Below are positions 16,567-25,719 of a DNA stretch of 64,000 bases, piece by piece (the first letter of the stretch is position 1; each line of letters begins with the position of its first letter). Origin of the DNA: an uncultured Candidatus Saccharibacteria bacterium (GTDB taxonomy: Bacteria > Patescibacteriota > Minisyncoccia > Phycocordibacterales > UBA1006); assembly GCA_964592365.1 (NCBI GenBank), contig CAZQDL010000001.1, forward strand, positions 79,541 to 143,540. Direction: 5' to 3'. Position numbers and translations under genes: made by a program. Under the pieces are notes generated by a model. That model ran no database searches. It was not told where the DNA came from and was given only the letters and a program-made list of their open reading frames with translations.

Positions 16567-19071
16567 ATGTCTGACAAATACTTTTCACAACGGCCAGATG
16601 TATCGCCGATAATATATGTATATGAACTCCCAACTGCAGAGGACAGAAAGGGTCTCTTGAAGGTGGGTTACACCACTCGAAATGCCAGCGACCGAATCAA
16701 GGAACAAGTTGGGACCGCAGGGATTGGATATAATATCCTTTTGGAAGAAAGTGCAATTCGCAGTGATGGATCTACCTTTGACGATCATGAGGTACACCAT
16801 TATTTACGCAAAAAGAAATATCCTAACCCTGACGGTGAATGGTTTGAGTGTGGTTTGGATGATGTAAAAGCAGCTATTTATTCTATAAAGAATCGAAAAG
16901 AAAATACCGAAAATCGTACGCTTGATTTCAGAATGAGACCAGAACAAGAAATGGCTATGAATAAAGCATATAGCCATTTCACATCCATGAATGAAACTTC
17001 TCATTTTTTGTGGAATGCAAAAATGCGTTTTGGTAAAACATTTGCTTCGTATCAACTTGCAAAGAAAATGAAATCAAAAAAGGTCCTGGTATTAACCTTC
17101 AAGCCAGCAGTAGAGACCGCTTGGGAGGAAGATCTTTTGACGCATATAGATTTTGAAGGATGGCAATTCTATTCACGTAAAAGTACAGCAGAGTTTGAAG
17201 ATCTTGACATGAATAAACCAATCGTTTGTTTTGGATCATTGCAGGATTATCTAGGGAAAAGTTCAGGAGGAGGAATCAAGGCTCGAAACAAATGGGTTCA
17301 TGATACCCATTGGGATTTAGTTATTTTTGATGAATACCACTTTGGTGCATGGAATGATAAAACAAAAGATCTTTTTGATGAGACCGATAAGGATGATCAG
17401 AATACTGAAGAGAAAAAAAACGACAGTATCGCCAAAGAAGCATTTGCTGAGGGTTTGAAAAACGCTGAGGCAATAATGCCTATAACCACGGATAATTATC
17501 TGTATCTTTCAGGTACTCCATTTCGTGCTATAAATACGGGTGAATTTATAGAAGAGCAGATATTTAATTGGACGTATTCTGACGAACAGCGTGCAAAAGA
17601 AGAATGGAAGGGTTCCAATAATCCATATGAATCATTGCCAAAAATGATTATGATGACCTATCAAATGCCTGATTCTATCAAGCATATAGCGGAAGGGGGC
17701 GAATTTAATGAATTTGATTTGAATGTTTTTTTCTCTGCAAAAAAGAATGATACTGGCATGTATGAATTCGTGTATAAAGATTATGTTCAAAAGTGGCTAG
17801 ATTTATTGCGAGGTAATTTCATGCCAACGGCAGTTGATGATTTGAAACTAAGTAAGCAGAAACCGCCTTTCCCATTTTCTGATTCACGAATGTTGAGTAT
17901 CTTAACGCATACGTTTTGGTTTATGCCTTCAGTGGCCTCTTGTCACGCCATGAAGAATCTTATTGACGAGCGACAAAATGCATTCTATCAAGATTATAAA
18001 TTGATCGTCGCTGCTGGAAATCAAGCTGGAATGGGAGTAGAGGCTCTTGGTCCAGTACAAAAAGCAATGGGCGATCCATTAAAAACAAAAACTATTACAC
18101 TATCTACGGGAAAACTTACAACAGGAGTTACTGTGAAGCCTTGGACTGGTGTCTTGATGCTTCGTAATTTGAAAAGCCCTGAAACATATTTTCAGACGGC
18201 TTTTCGTGGTCAAAGTCCATGGGTGATTGATAATCCAGATGGAAAATCGCCTAATAAAAAAGAGATTTTGAAAAAACAATGTTATATCTTTGACTTTGCT
18301 CCCAATCGTGCACTTTCTCAAGTTGCAGATTATAGTTCAAATCTAAATGTTACCGAGAAAGATCCAGAGAAAAAAGTTGCAGAGTTTATAAAATTCCTTC
18401 CCATTCTTGCATATGATGGAAGCTCGATGAAAGAGATTGATGCAGGTGGAGTTCTGGATATTGCATTAAGTGGTACCACAGCTACCTTGCTTGCACGTCG
18501 ATGGGAGAGCGCATTATTGGTAAATGTAGATAATGAGACTCTTGCACGCCTTATGTCAAGTGATGAGGCGATGAGAGTTTTAATGAGTATTGAAGGCTTT
18601 CGTTCTTTGAACCAAGACATTGAGACGATCATCAACAAATCTGAATCGGTAAAAAAGACAAAGCAGGAAGCAAGTGAGCGTGAGTTAACCAAAAAAGAAA
18701 AGAAAGAGCTTAGCGATGATGAAAAAGAATATAAGAGTAAAAGGAAAGAGATTCAGGAAAAACTGATCAAGTTTGCAACACGTATTCCCGTATTCATGTA
18801 CCTAACTGATTATCGTGAACGCACACTAAAGGATGTCATCACAAAGCTTGAACCGTCGTTATTCAAAAAAGTAACAGGACTAGAGGTGAAAGATTTTGAA
18901 CTTTTAATGAGCTTGAATATCTTTAATAATGCCCTAATGAATGATGCAGTGTATAAATTTAAACGCTACGAGGATTCCAGTCTTGAGTATACTGGTGTTA
19001 ATCGACATGAAGGCGAAGATGTTGGGGGATTCGATACCGTAACTACAGAAAAAGAATACAAGCAAATGTAA
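16567..19071 (+). CDS. SF2 helicase of the type III Res (ResIII)-like family, with an N-terminal T5orf172/GIY-YIG-like domain. Putative restriction or defence ATPase-nuclease.
   Basis: N-terminus YVYELPTAEDRKGLLKVGYTTRNASDRI...GEWFEC. Helicase motifs: Q-like RPEQEMA, motif I RFGKTFAS, motif II DEYHFG, motif III LSGTPF, and C-terminal RecA-like motifs (LTTG, FRGQS). There is only a 1 nt gap after the methyltransferase stop. Confidence 0.65.
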   Translation: MSDKYFSQRPDVSPIIYVYELPTAEDRKGLLKVGYTTRNASDRIKEQVGTAGIGYNILLEESAIRSDGSTFDDHEVHHYLRKKKYPNPDGEWFECGLDDVKAAIYSIKNRKENTENRTLDFRMRPEQEMAMNKAYSHFTSMNETSHFLWNAKMRFGKTFASYQLAKKMKSKKVLVLTFKPAVETAWEEDLLTHIDFEGWQFYSRKSTAEFEDLDMNKPIVCFGSLQDYLGKSSGGGIKARNKWVHDTHWDLVIFDEYHFGAWNDKTKDLFDETDKDDQNTEEKKNDSIAKEAFAEGLKNAEAIMPITTDNYLYLSGTPFRAINTGEFIEEQIFNWTYSDEQRAKEEWKGSNNPYESLPKMIMMTYQMPDSIKHIAEGGEFNEFDLNVFFSAKKNDTGMYEFVYKDYVQKWLDLLRGNFMPTAVDDLKLSKQKPPFPFSDSRMLSILTHTFWFMPSVASCHAMKNLIDERQNAFYQDYKLIVAAGNQAGMGVEALGPVQKAMGDPLKTKTITLSTGKLTTGVTVKPWTGVLMLRNLKSPETYFQTAFRGQSPWVIDNPDGKSPNKKEILKKQCYIFDFAPNRALSQVADYSSNLNVTEKDPEKKVAEFIKFLPILAYDGSSMKEIDAGGVLDIALSGTTATLLARRWESALLVNVDNETLARLMSSDEAMRVLMSIEGFRSLNQDIETIINKSESVKKTKQEASERELTKKEKKELSDDEKEYKSKRKEIQEKLIKFATRIPVFMYLTDYRERTLKDVITKLEPSLFKKVTGLEVKDFELLMSLNIFNNALMNDAVYKFKRYEDSSLEYTGVNRHEGEDVGGFDTVTTEKEYKQM

Positions 19072-19094
19072 AAGAGCCCAAGAAGGCTCTTTTA
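19072..19094. terminator. Bidirectional terminator (AAAAGAGCC-N6-GGCTCTTTT) between convergent genes
   Basis: Read directly. Confidence 0.6.
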
Positions 19095-19104
19095 ATATGA
19101 CTAA

Positions 19105-19710
19105 TTAAATATCTTTTTCATCCATGAGTTCGCGAATAGTCTTATCTTTGTAGGTCCAGAATATTGAACCCTGAACCGCTTTCCAGTTTTTCTTGAATTT
19201 TTCCTTGAGGATTATTTTAGCCGACTTTGATAAAGATGTTTCTTTACCTTTATAAATAATACTATTTCCATTACCTACTGTTGCGATGATATCAGAGTAT
19301 ATTTCATCTCCTTCTTTAAATTTTAAAATCTCTCCTTTTTGGATATTTAATTTAGTGAACTTACCAAGGATTTTTTTATCTTCTTCTTTTCTAATCTTTT
19401 TGTTGTCTTCGATAAAGTCACATATCCTTTCTGGGTGTTCTTCAAAGAACTCTCGTTTTCTATTTACTCTCTTTTTTGCAAAATGTTGAAAGATTTCTTG
19501 TTCAAGAACCTCAGCATTCTTCATGTCAAATTTCTCATATACTTGAAATCTGGTAGGTAGTGATGTCCTATTAAGACTTTTAAGTCTCTGCTCTATATCA
19601 TTCGTCACTCCCACCTTGCATATATTTGGCATAGATATGTTGGTGATAATGTATAAGGTGCTTTTCATGTAGATAGTATAGCTTAATTTAATAAAATTTA
19701 TATTATTCAC
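19105..19710 (-). CDS. T5orf172 (MUG113/GIY-YIG-like) domain protein with a C-terminal extension
   Basis: YIITNISMPNICKVGVTNDIEQRLKSLN...RVNRKREFF matches the T5orf172 pattern. Confidence 0.55.
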   Translation of the reverse strand: MNNINFIKLSYTIYMKSTLYIITNISMPNICKVGVTNDIEQRLKSLNRTSLPTRFQVYEKFDMKNAEVLEQEIFQHFAKKRVNRKREFFEEHPERICDFIEDNKKIRKEEDKKILGKFTKLNIQKGEILKFKEGDEIYSDIIATVGNGNSIIYKGKETSLSKSAKIILKEKFKKNWKAVQGSIFWTYKDKTIRELMDEKDI

Positions 19711-19809
19711 ACTTCTTATCGAGATGTCATTAAATAAATTAAAAAATTTTTGAAGAAGCTTAGTATAAAAACTTGTTAAGGGATAGTAAAAAACTGATAT
19801 AATTTAGCT

Positions 19810-20376
19810 ATGGAAAATATTACTACTGAAGAATATGTCTTGCTTTTAGAAAAAGTTAATCAGCAATTAAATTTATTATCTAACCCTTACGGGGTTATGG
19901 TTATGGTACTCACTCTTTTAGTAGCTATTTTAGCTATAATAACCACTTTTATTATTTACAGGCAAGGGGTAGATTATAAAAATACATTAAAAAAATCACT
20001 CGAATCTCACCAAGAAATATTAGAGAAGAAACTCATAGAAATAGGAAATGAAGCAGAGCAGACCCTACAGTCTTATATTGATCAGAAAAATGAAGAGATT
20101 AGTGGATTAGCTGGTGAGGCAAAAGAGGAGGTAACAAAAGCGATTAGTAAATTGGAAGCCGAGAAGAATAGCATAACCTCAAGAATTAAATTTAATTCCA
20201 TAGATCATTTTAACAGTGTTGATAATAGATTAAGTGCTCATAACAGCCTGTTGCTACAAAATAATACAAATGCCCTAAGGACATGCTCATCTTGTTACAG
20301 GTCCTTAGGTGTTACAGATTCTTTAATTACAGGAAGGTGTAGTGACTGTGCTAGCCAAAAAATATTTCAGATATGA
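19810..20376 (+). CDS. Hypothetical protein with an N-terminal TM helix, a coiled coil and a C-terminal CxxC...CxxC zinc ribbon
   Basis: TM helix MVMVLTLLVAILAIITTFIIY. C-terminus CSSCYRS...CSDCASQ. Confidence 0.4.
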   Translation: MENITTEEYVLLLEKVNQQLNLLSNPYGVMVMVLTLLVAILAIITTFIIYRQGVDYKNTLKKSLESHQEILEKKLIEIGNEAEQTLQSYIDQKNEEISGLAGEAKEEVTKAISKLEAEKNSITSRIKFNSIDHFNSVDNRLSAHNSLLLQNNTNALRTCSSCYRSLGVTDSLITGRCSDCASQKIFQI

Positions 20377-20836
20377 AAAGAGATATAGTTAAAGAAGATA
20401 TTTTTCTTCAAAAGAAAGAGATGTTAAGCATCAGATTAATAACCTAAATCAAGAGAATTGGAAATCAAATATTCTAAATATAGGAGAATTGAGCAGATTT
20501 GGTTTCCTGCTGTTGGTTTTTATGATATTAGTGTTTATTGCTACTATTATTAATTTTCATTCTAAAAAATTGTATACTATTCAAATTTAGACGGTTACTT
20601 TAATGAAGAAGGTGATCATAAAAAAGATGGTCTCGACTCTACTTATTTTAATATAGTGAAGCTTTACGGACAAAGGTTTTTTTTGAATAAAACTGCTTCT
20701 ATTTTTGATTGGGGTAGTTATGGTATTTCTGATAATATCTAAAATATGAATAGTTTAGAAAAAGAGTTTGGTATAAGAGAGCCTGAAAGAGGCCCAAAGC
20801 AAAAGAAGAATTTAGCTTGATAGATAAGATATTTTT

Positions 20837-21391
20837 ATGACAAGAGAGGCAATATTAAACCATATAGATTTACAAGTATTTATTTTGAGTATTTTTGATA
20901 ATACCTTCCTCGGAAGTCTTTTTGCTGGTTTAATATTAGGATACATAGCATTTGAAACTTATAAAAAGCAAAAAAAAGTAGATCTTGAATTCTATTTTAA
21001 AAAGGAAAAAGAAATAGCTAAACGTACTTTTATTAATAAAATTAAGGCTTTTAGGAGAGAAGCAGTTCCTACACTTAAATCTTTTTTGTCACAAGAGAAA
21101 CACACAATTGATTATATTGAAGTAACGATGAGCGAACTAGGGGAAATTGAGGTTTTAAATAACTTTCAAAATATATACGATAAACACCGTGATGAAATTA
21201 ATAGAGCTTATGAGGAACTATGTACTCATTTTGAAATAGAATCTCTTAGTTCGCATATGGCCACTATTCAATTTTGCTTAATGCAAATGAGGTTAGTTTC
21301 AAAAACGAGCAATGAGGGTTTAAAGCTGACATTAAAAAATATTGAGAATGAAACCGAAGCCATTATAAAACATCTTGAATTTAAAGAATGA
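20837..21391 (+). CDS. Hypothetical protein (184 aa), N-terminal TM helix
   Basis: ORF only. Confidence 0.35.
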   Translation: MTREAILNHIDLQVFILSIFDNTFLGSLFAGLILGYIAFETYKKQKKVDLEFYFKKEKEIAKRTFINKIKAFRREAVPTLKSFLSQEKHTIDYIEVTMSELGEIEVLNNFQNIYDKHRDEINRAYEELCTHFEIESLSSHMATIQFCLMQMRLVSKTSNEGLKLTLKNIENETEAIIKHLEFKE

Positions 21392-21648
21392 AGATAAATA
21401 TGTTTATTCACCAAAAAGAAAACGAGAAAAAATATCTAACAAAAAAAGAAGAAATATATGATAAAGCCTCAATATGGGGTCAGTTTCATGGTTGGTTCTT
21501 GCTAGTGACATCTATAGGATTATATGTTTACGGACTTGTAGCCAATAACACCTTAAGTCAATCTATTAGTATAAGTTTCATTGATTTAGTACTAAATATT
21601 ATTGTTGCAATCATAATGATTCAGATTTCATCGAGAATTGACCAATAA
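21388..21648 (+). CDS. Small membrane protein (86 aa), overlapping the upstream gene by 4 nt
   Basis: ATGA overlap. Two TM helices. Confidence 0.35.
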   Translation: MKINMFIHQKENEKKYLTKKEEIYDKASIWGQFHGWFLLVTSIGLYVYGLVANNTLSQSISISFIDLVLNIIVAIIMIQISSRIDQ

Positions 21649-21841
21649 AATATCCAAAGAAAAAACCGATTAAAGTCGCACTAGTTTTTTGGTTAATATT
21701 ATTACTTATTTTAATGTTGACGGGAGCCTCTGTTATACAGAAGTTTTTTTGTTTCGTGGTTTTATATAAATTAGTGAACGCAAATACCAGTTTGAGAGAA
21801 ACTAAAACCTAGAGAATGAGTATTCTTATATTAAGTTAAGA

Positions 21842-22069
21842 TTATAAAAATGGTATTTCAGAATTAATTTCTTTCCAATTTAGAGTTCTGAAATCATCCA
21901 GCCATTGACCCATTAAGGGACATATACCCTCCAAACCTTGAAAAGGTCCTTGTTTATCAAGGGCTTTTTCTAGTTCGATTACAGGATACTTAGATTTAAT
22001 AGAATTTACTAATAATCGAACTTCTTTATAGGTAGGTTTTAGCTCAATAGTTATCTCCTTATCTTTCAT
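21842..22069 (-). CDS. Hypothetical protein. The frame is open further upstream with no ATG, so the true start is uncertain.
   Basis: Stop-to-stop frame extends to about 22235. Only the 75 aa segment is Met-initiated. Confidence 0.25.
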   Translation of the reverse strand: MKDKEITIELKPTYKEVRLLVNSIKSKYPVIELEKALDKQGPFQGLEGICPLMGQWLDDFRTLNWKEINSEIPFL

Positions 22070-22242
22070 GCTGTATTTGGTCCCAATTTGCCTTACAAGA
22101 AAACGCTTTTCAGTATCATCACCTGTTTCAAGAGCTTCTTCATATAATTCATTAAAATTAAATGCTTTCTCAATATCTTTATATAAATCATTCGAAGTTT
22201 CTGCTTCAATAAAATCAATAAATAATATAAACTTAAGATATT

Positions 22243-22980
22243 ATGATGAACTTTTTTACAAAATTATTAACTCCAGTATTTATTGCTCTGGGAATGGTTA
22301 ATCCTGCTCCTGTCATAGAAACACCAACACCTGATATACAAGTACAACAAGAGCTTATTGAATTACGTCAAAGAGTCCAAGAGTTTGAAAACCGAAATGA
22401 TCAAGAAGCGGAATTAGAGCCAAAATCACAAGAGACTAAAGAAAAAGTTATTGAAATAAAACCAGCAGAAGTGAAAAAGGAAAACCTTAATACCTTAACT
22501 ATTTTTAAACCTGAGTCGAAACCCACAGAGACTTTAATAGATGCTTCTTATCTAGATAAATTAGAGCTTTTCAATGTTAAAGTAGCCAAGCTAGATGAGG
22601 AATCTAGTAAGGAATTAGATGCATTAGATTTAAAATATGACTCAAAAATTGCGAAGGTTAAACAGGAGATTATTGAAATTAACAAAATGTTTGATGATTA
22701 CGAACAATCCATAACCTTAGGTTTTGTTCCTGGATTTTCGGGCGGCGGTAACGGTGCACCATCTTCAGTTACAAACAGTAAAATGCAAGTTGAATTGAAT
22801 CGAAGGTCTCAATGGCTTTTATCTACCTATCCAGTAGAGTTTGAAGCTTTAAAGTTAGAAATGCAGGGATATCTTGATGAAAAGATGGAAGCGATTAATA
22901 AATCAGAATCCAATTTAATTAAAGAGATTAAAGAATTGCAAACACAGTGGAATATAAAGACAGAAGATTGGTTATATTAA
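22243..22980 (+). CDS. Secreted or anchored coiled-coil protein (245 aa)
   Basis: N-terminal hydrophobic segment followed by a charged helical repeat region. Confidence 0.4.
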   Translation: MMNFFTKLLTPVFIALGMVNPAPVIETPTPDIQVQQELIELRQRVQEFENRNDQEAELEPKSQETKEKVIEIKPAEVKKENLNTLTIFKPESKPTETLIDASYLDKLELFNVKVAKLDEESSKELDALDLKYDSKIAKVKQEIIEINKMFDDYEQSITLGFVPGFSGGGNGAPSSVTNSKMQVELNRRSQWLLSTYPVEFEALKLEMQGYLDEKMEAINKSESNLIKEIKELQTQWNIKTEDWLY

Positions 22981-22981
22981 T

Positions 22982-23287
22982 ATGAAAAAACTAATAATAT
23001 TAATACTTATCATTTTTGTAGGGCGATATCTATATATAAATAATTTTAGAAAAGAAGAATGGACAGGATTTTTTTATCCTAATGCTGAAGATCTTTCAGG
23101 GTGGATCAAGTCAGATAGATTATTTGATAGCATTGAATCGTGTAGGGACTGGATTGATTATCAGGTTGATGTATCTATGTTAGAGAATCCAGAGTTTTAT
23201 GAAGAAGGCGGTGATTATGATTATGAATGTGGACTTAACTGCAGATTGAAATCAGGAATGAATGTTTGTGAAGAAACTATTCAATAA
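22982..23287 (+). CDS. Small secreted Cys-containing protein (101 aa)
   Basis: Signal-like N-terminus, four Cys residues. The start lies 2 nt after the upstream stop. Confidence 0.35.
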   Translation: MKKLIILILIIFVGRYLYINNFRKEEWTGFFYPNAEDLSGWIKSDRLFDSIESCRDWIDYQVDVSMLENPEFYEEGGDYDYECGLNCRLKSGMNVCEETIQ

Positions 23288-23288
23288 A

Positions 23289-23318
23289 TAAACGACTTGA
23301 TTGCTCTAGTCGTTTTTT
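23289..23318. terminator. Bidirectional terminator (AAACGACT-N10-AGTCGTTTTTT)
   Basis: Lies between convergent genes. Confidence 0.5.
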
Positions 23319-23321
23319 AGA

Positions 23322-23894
23322 TTATTTTTCATTAACGATCAACTTATGCTTTCCTGTAATTATAAAGAAATAAATATATCGAATACCAATCAGAATTATA
23401 GATACTATAAGAAGATGTAACAGTAAGTTTGTTGACCATTTTATCCACGACCCTTCTACAACCTTGTTTTCTATTGAAAGACTGAAATTTTTATCTTTAG
23501 GGATAATTATTTTTGATGGAGTATTCTCGCCGCCAATTGTTAAGTTGATGTCTTTTAGAAGTAATCTTTGAGCTAACTCATTAGCCTCAGTGTTGTTATT
23601 GCTATTATAATGAGATTTATGTATGTCTGTATTTTCACAAAAATATTTAACCGTTTTTTCTATGTACTCATCTTCGAATCCTTTCTTGTCGTAATTTAAA
23701 GTTGATCCACTGAATGAGCCAAAAGTATATTTATTTGAATTACATTCTACTATGTATGTACTTTCATATTCATTTATGTATGGAACTCTCTCAGAATAAA
23801 AGAAACCTATTAAGGTTAAGACCACTAGCACAATTAATACATAAATAACCATAAATAGCCTATGCCACCATTTATTTTTTATCCCGCTTTTCAT
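23322..23894 (-). CDS. Membrane-anchored hypothetical protein (190 aa)
   Basis: N-terminal TM helix, a second TM helix near the C-terminus. Confidence 0.4.
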   Translation of the reverse strand: MKSGIKNKWWHRLFMVIYVLIVLVVLTLIGFFYSERVPYINEYESTYIVECNSNKYTFGSFSGSTLNYDKKGFEDEYIEKTVKYFCENTDIHKSHYNSNNNTEANELAQRLLLKDINLTIGGENTPSKIIIPKDKNFSLSIENKVVEGSWIKWSTNLLLHLLIVSIILIGIRYIYFFIITGKHKLIVNEK

Positions 23895-23949
23895 GAACTT
23901 ATTATATAGTAGAATTACTGTGTTTTAAAGATTATTTATTGGAATTATT

Positions 23950-23988
23950 TTTACAAAAAGTTCCGTATCCTAACCACAAACTGACCCT
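23950..23988 (+). repeat. Intergenic repeat copy A (TTTACAAAAAGTTCCGTATCCTAACCACAAACTGACCCT)
   Basis: A member of the family that occurs at least 9 times between 23.9 and 33.9 kb. Confidence 0.85.
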
Positions 23989-24037
23989 ATTTAGTGCTAG
24001 CACGAGAAGGTTCGTTTTCTCTGGTCTCAGCACAAAT

Positions 24038-24064
24038 AAAAAGCACTATTTTGAGTGCTTTTTG
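24038..24064 (+). terminator. Terminator hairpin (AAAAGCACT-N6-AGTGCTTTTT) downstream of repeat A
   Basis: Read directly. Confidence 0.55.
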
Positions 24065-24077
24065 TGATACTTAATAT

Positions 24078-24644
24078 ATGAAAATATTAGATAATATAAA
24101 CTATATTTTGGAAAAAAATCTACTAGAAATTGAAGATGTCGTTTTTTTGCTCAATAGAGTTCGAATTATTATAGAAAATAACTCTCAAAAAGATAAATAT
24201 GAGTTGTTGCATTTTTATGGTAATTGGATCTCACATTCTAATATAGAGAATCTACCTAATAAGATCATTGATGAAATAGAAAATGCTAGCAAAACCAATA
24301 GAATACAGGATCACTGGATGCTCCGTTCAGAGTTGTGTATTTTTTTTCAAGAGTATTCTTTAGATAAGTCATTATTAAACAATAGGGATAAATGGTATAA
24401 ATTTTCAACCTCACTTTATAATATTTTAATCGATACTCCGTTGATACCTAAAAATAAAAGCTTTAGTTTTATTTTTAATAAAACGAATCAAAAAGAAAAT
24501 AGAACTTTTTCTTGCTCGTTTGTTATTGAATATAAAAACGCACTAAATGATATTAGAAAAATTTCAGGCACATACTCCGTTCAAGATTCATTAAACGAAG
24601 ACAAAAAAGCCAAATGGCTTACTCAACAGGGTATTTGTATATAG
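24078..24644 (+). CDS. Hypothetical protein (188 aa)
   Basis: ORF only. Confidence 0.4.
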   Translation: MKILDNINYILEKNLLEIEDVVFLLNRVRIIIENNSQKDKYELLHFYGNWISHSNIENLPNKIIDEIENASKTNRIQDHWMLRSELCIFFQEYSLDKSLLNNRDKWYKFSTSLYNILIDTPLIPKNKSFSFIFNKTNQKENRTFSCSFVIEYKNALNDIRKISGTYSVQDSLNEDKKAKWLTQQGICI

Positions 24645-24916
24645 TTATTCTTTCTGCATTGGAAGATATGGTTAAACAAGGAGTAAAGGTATTTTTTGTA
24701 AACAAAGAAGTGTATGAACAAATTATGAATGCTCCTGACCATGGTGAATCTATCGTAAATAATCTCGTAGCATATACAGGATAAATTTTGTTTGAGATAA
24801 GTTATTCAATATTTATTTAAAATAAATTTAAATTAAAACTGATGGAGGTTCAAACATCATTTTTAACAGCCATAGCTATAAACAACATCAAAATCTATAT
24901 TCTTTTTATATTTTGA

Positions 24917-24922
24917 TATACT
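24917..24922 (+). promoter_or_regulatory. -10 box TATACT (within TTTTGATATACT), 6 nt upstream of the ATG at 24929
   Basis: Conserved motif; see the leaderless-promoter finding. Confidence 0.45.
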
Positions 24923-24928
24923 TAATTA

Positions 24929-25564
24929 ATGAAAAAAATAAAGTATATAATTACTATTTTAGTTGTATTACTATCATTCATTTCTACACTCTTCGTAGAA
25001 AATGGAATAAGTTATGGCAACTGTTTTCACCATGAAGATAAGAAAGATTTATATAGAGATATACCTCATAGGTACTGTATAAGCGAAAGTATTGATATTT
25101 TATCGTTTATAAAATCAAAAAGAAGTATTAACCACAATCATGGATATGTAAATATACATATACAATATCAAAATATACTCCCTTATATTTTACTACCAAT
25201 ATTTGGCTTAATTACCTTTTTTGCTTTTTCAAGAAAACAAATTTATAAAATAAATGGATGGCTTGTATTTGCTTTAATAGTATTCCCTCTGCTGGCACCA
25301 TTTGGTTGGGCAGTATTTTTAACTAATAATTTTGCATTAGGGAATTCAATTGCATGGGGTTTGTATTTAGGTTTGTTAATTGCTCTTATTTATTCATTGT
25401 TTAATAAGCAGGGAAATAAGAAATTAGTAATTATTTATATTGTTATGGGAATCACCTCGGTGTTGTTATATTCGTTTATAAACAGTGCCATAAAAGGTGC
25501 ATTTTATAATTATGGTGGTCCTCCGATGCCACAAGAAAATATACCTCAACTAAGTTTCGATTAA
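24929..25564 (+). CDS. Polytopic membrane protein (211 aa)
   Basis: About 5 TM helices. Confidence 0.45.
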   Translation: MKKIKYIITILVVLLSFISTLFVENGISYGNCFHHEDKKDLYRDIPHRYCISESIDILSFIKSKRSINHNHGYVNIHIQYQNILPYILLPIFGLITFFAFSRKQIYKINGWLVFALIVFPLLAPFGWAVFLTNNFALGNSIAWGLYLGLLIALIYSLFNKQGNKKLVIIYIVMGITSVLLYSFINSAIKGAFYNYGGPPMPQENIPQLSFD

Positions 25565-25576
25565 CTATAATTATTA

Positions 25577-25623
25577 AAAGTTCCGCATCCTAACCACAAA
25601 CTGACCCTAACGGGTTAGGATAC
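25577..25623 (+). repeat. Intergenic repeat copy B, full palindromic form (…GCATCCTAACC-ACAAACTGACCCTAACG-GGTTAGGATAC)
   Basis: 9 bp inverted arms ATCCTAACC/GGTTAGGAT flanking a 17 nt spacer. Sits directly after the stop of 24929..25564. Confidence 0.85.
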
Positions 25624-25633
25624 ACTACTTATT

Positions 25634-25659
25634 AAAAGCTTTATTCATATAAGGCTTTT
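25634..25659 (+). terminator. Terminator-like hairpin (AAAAGCTTTA-N6-TAAGGCTTTT)
   Basis: Read directly. Duplicated at 33235..33260. Confidence 0.45.
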
Positions 25660-25719
25660 AATATAGTCAAAACTATTCTTATTGTCTCTATAACCATTAC
25701 CTATTACAATGTAATTATT

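Noticed and set aside
22068-22301. Plus-strand 77 aa ORF overlapping both neighbours
   Set aside because: It overlaps the minus-strand ORF 21842..22069, whose open frame extends through this region, and the start of 22243..22980. It has no supporting signal.
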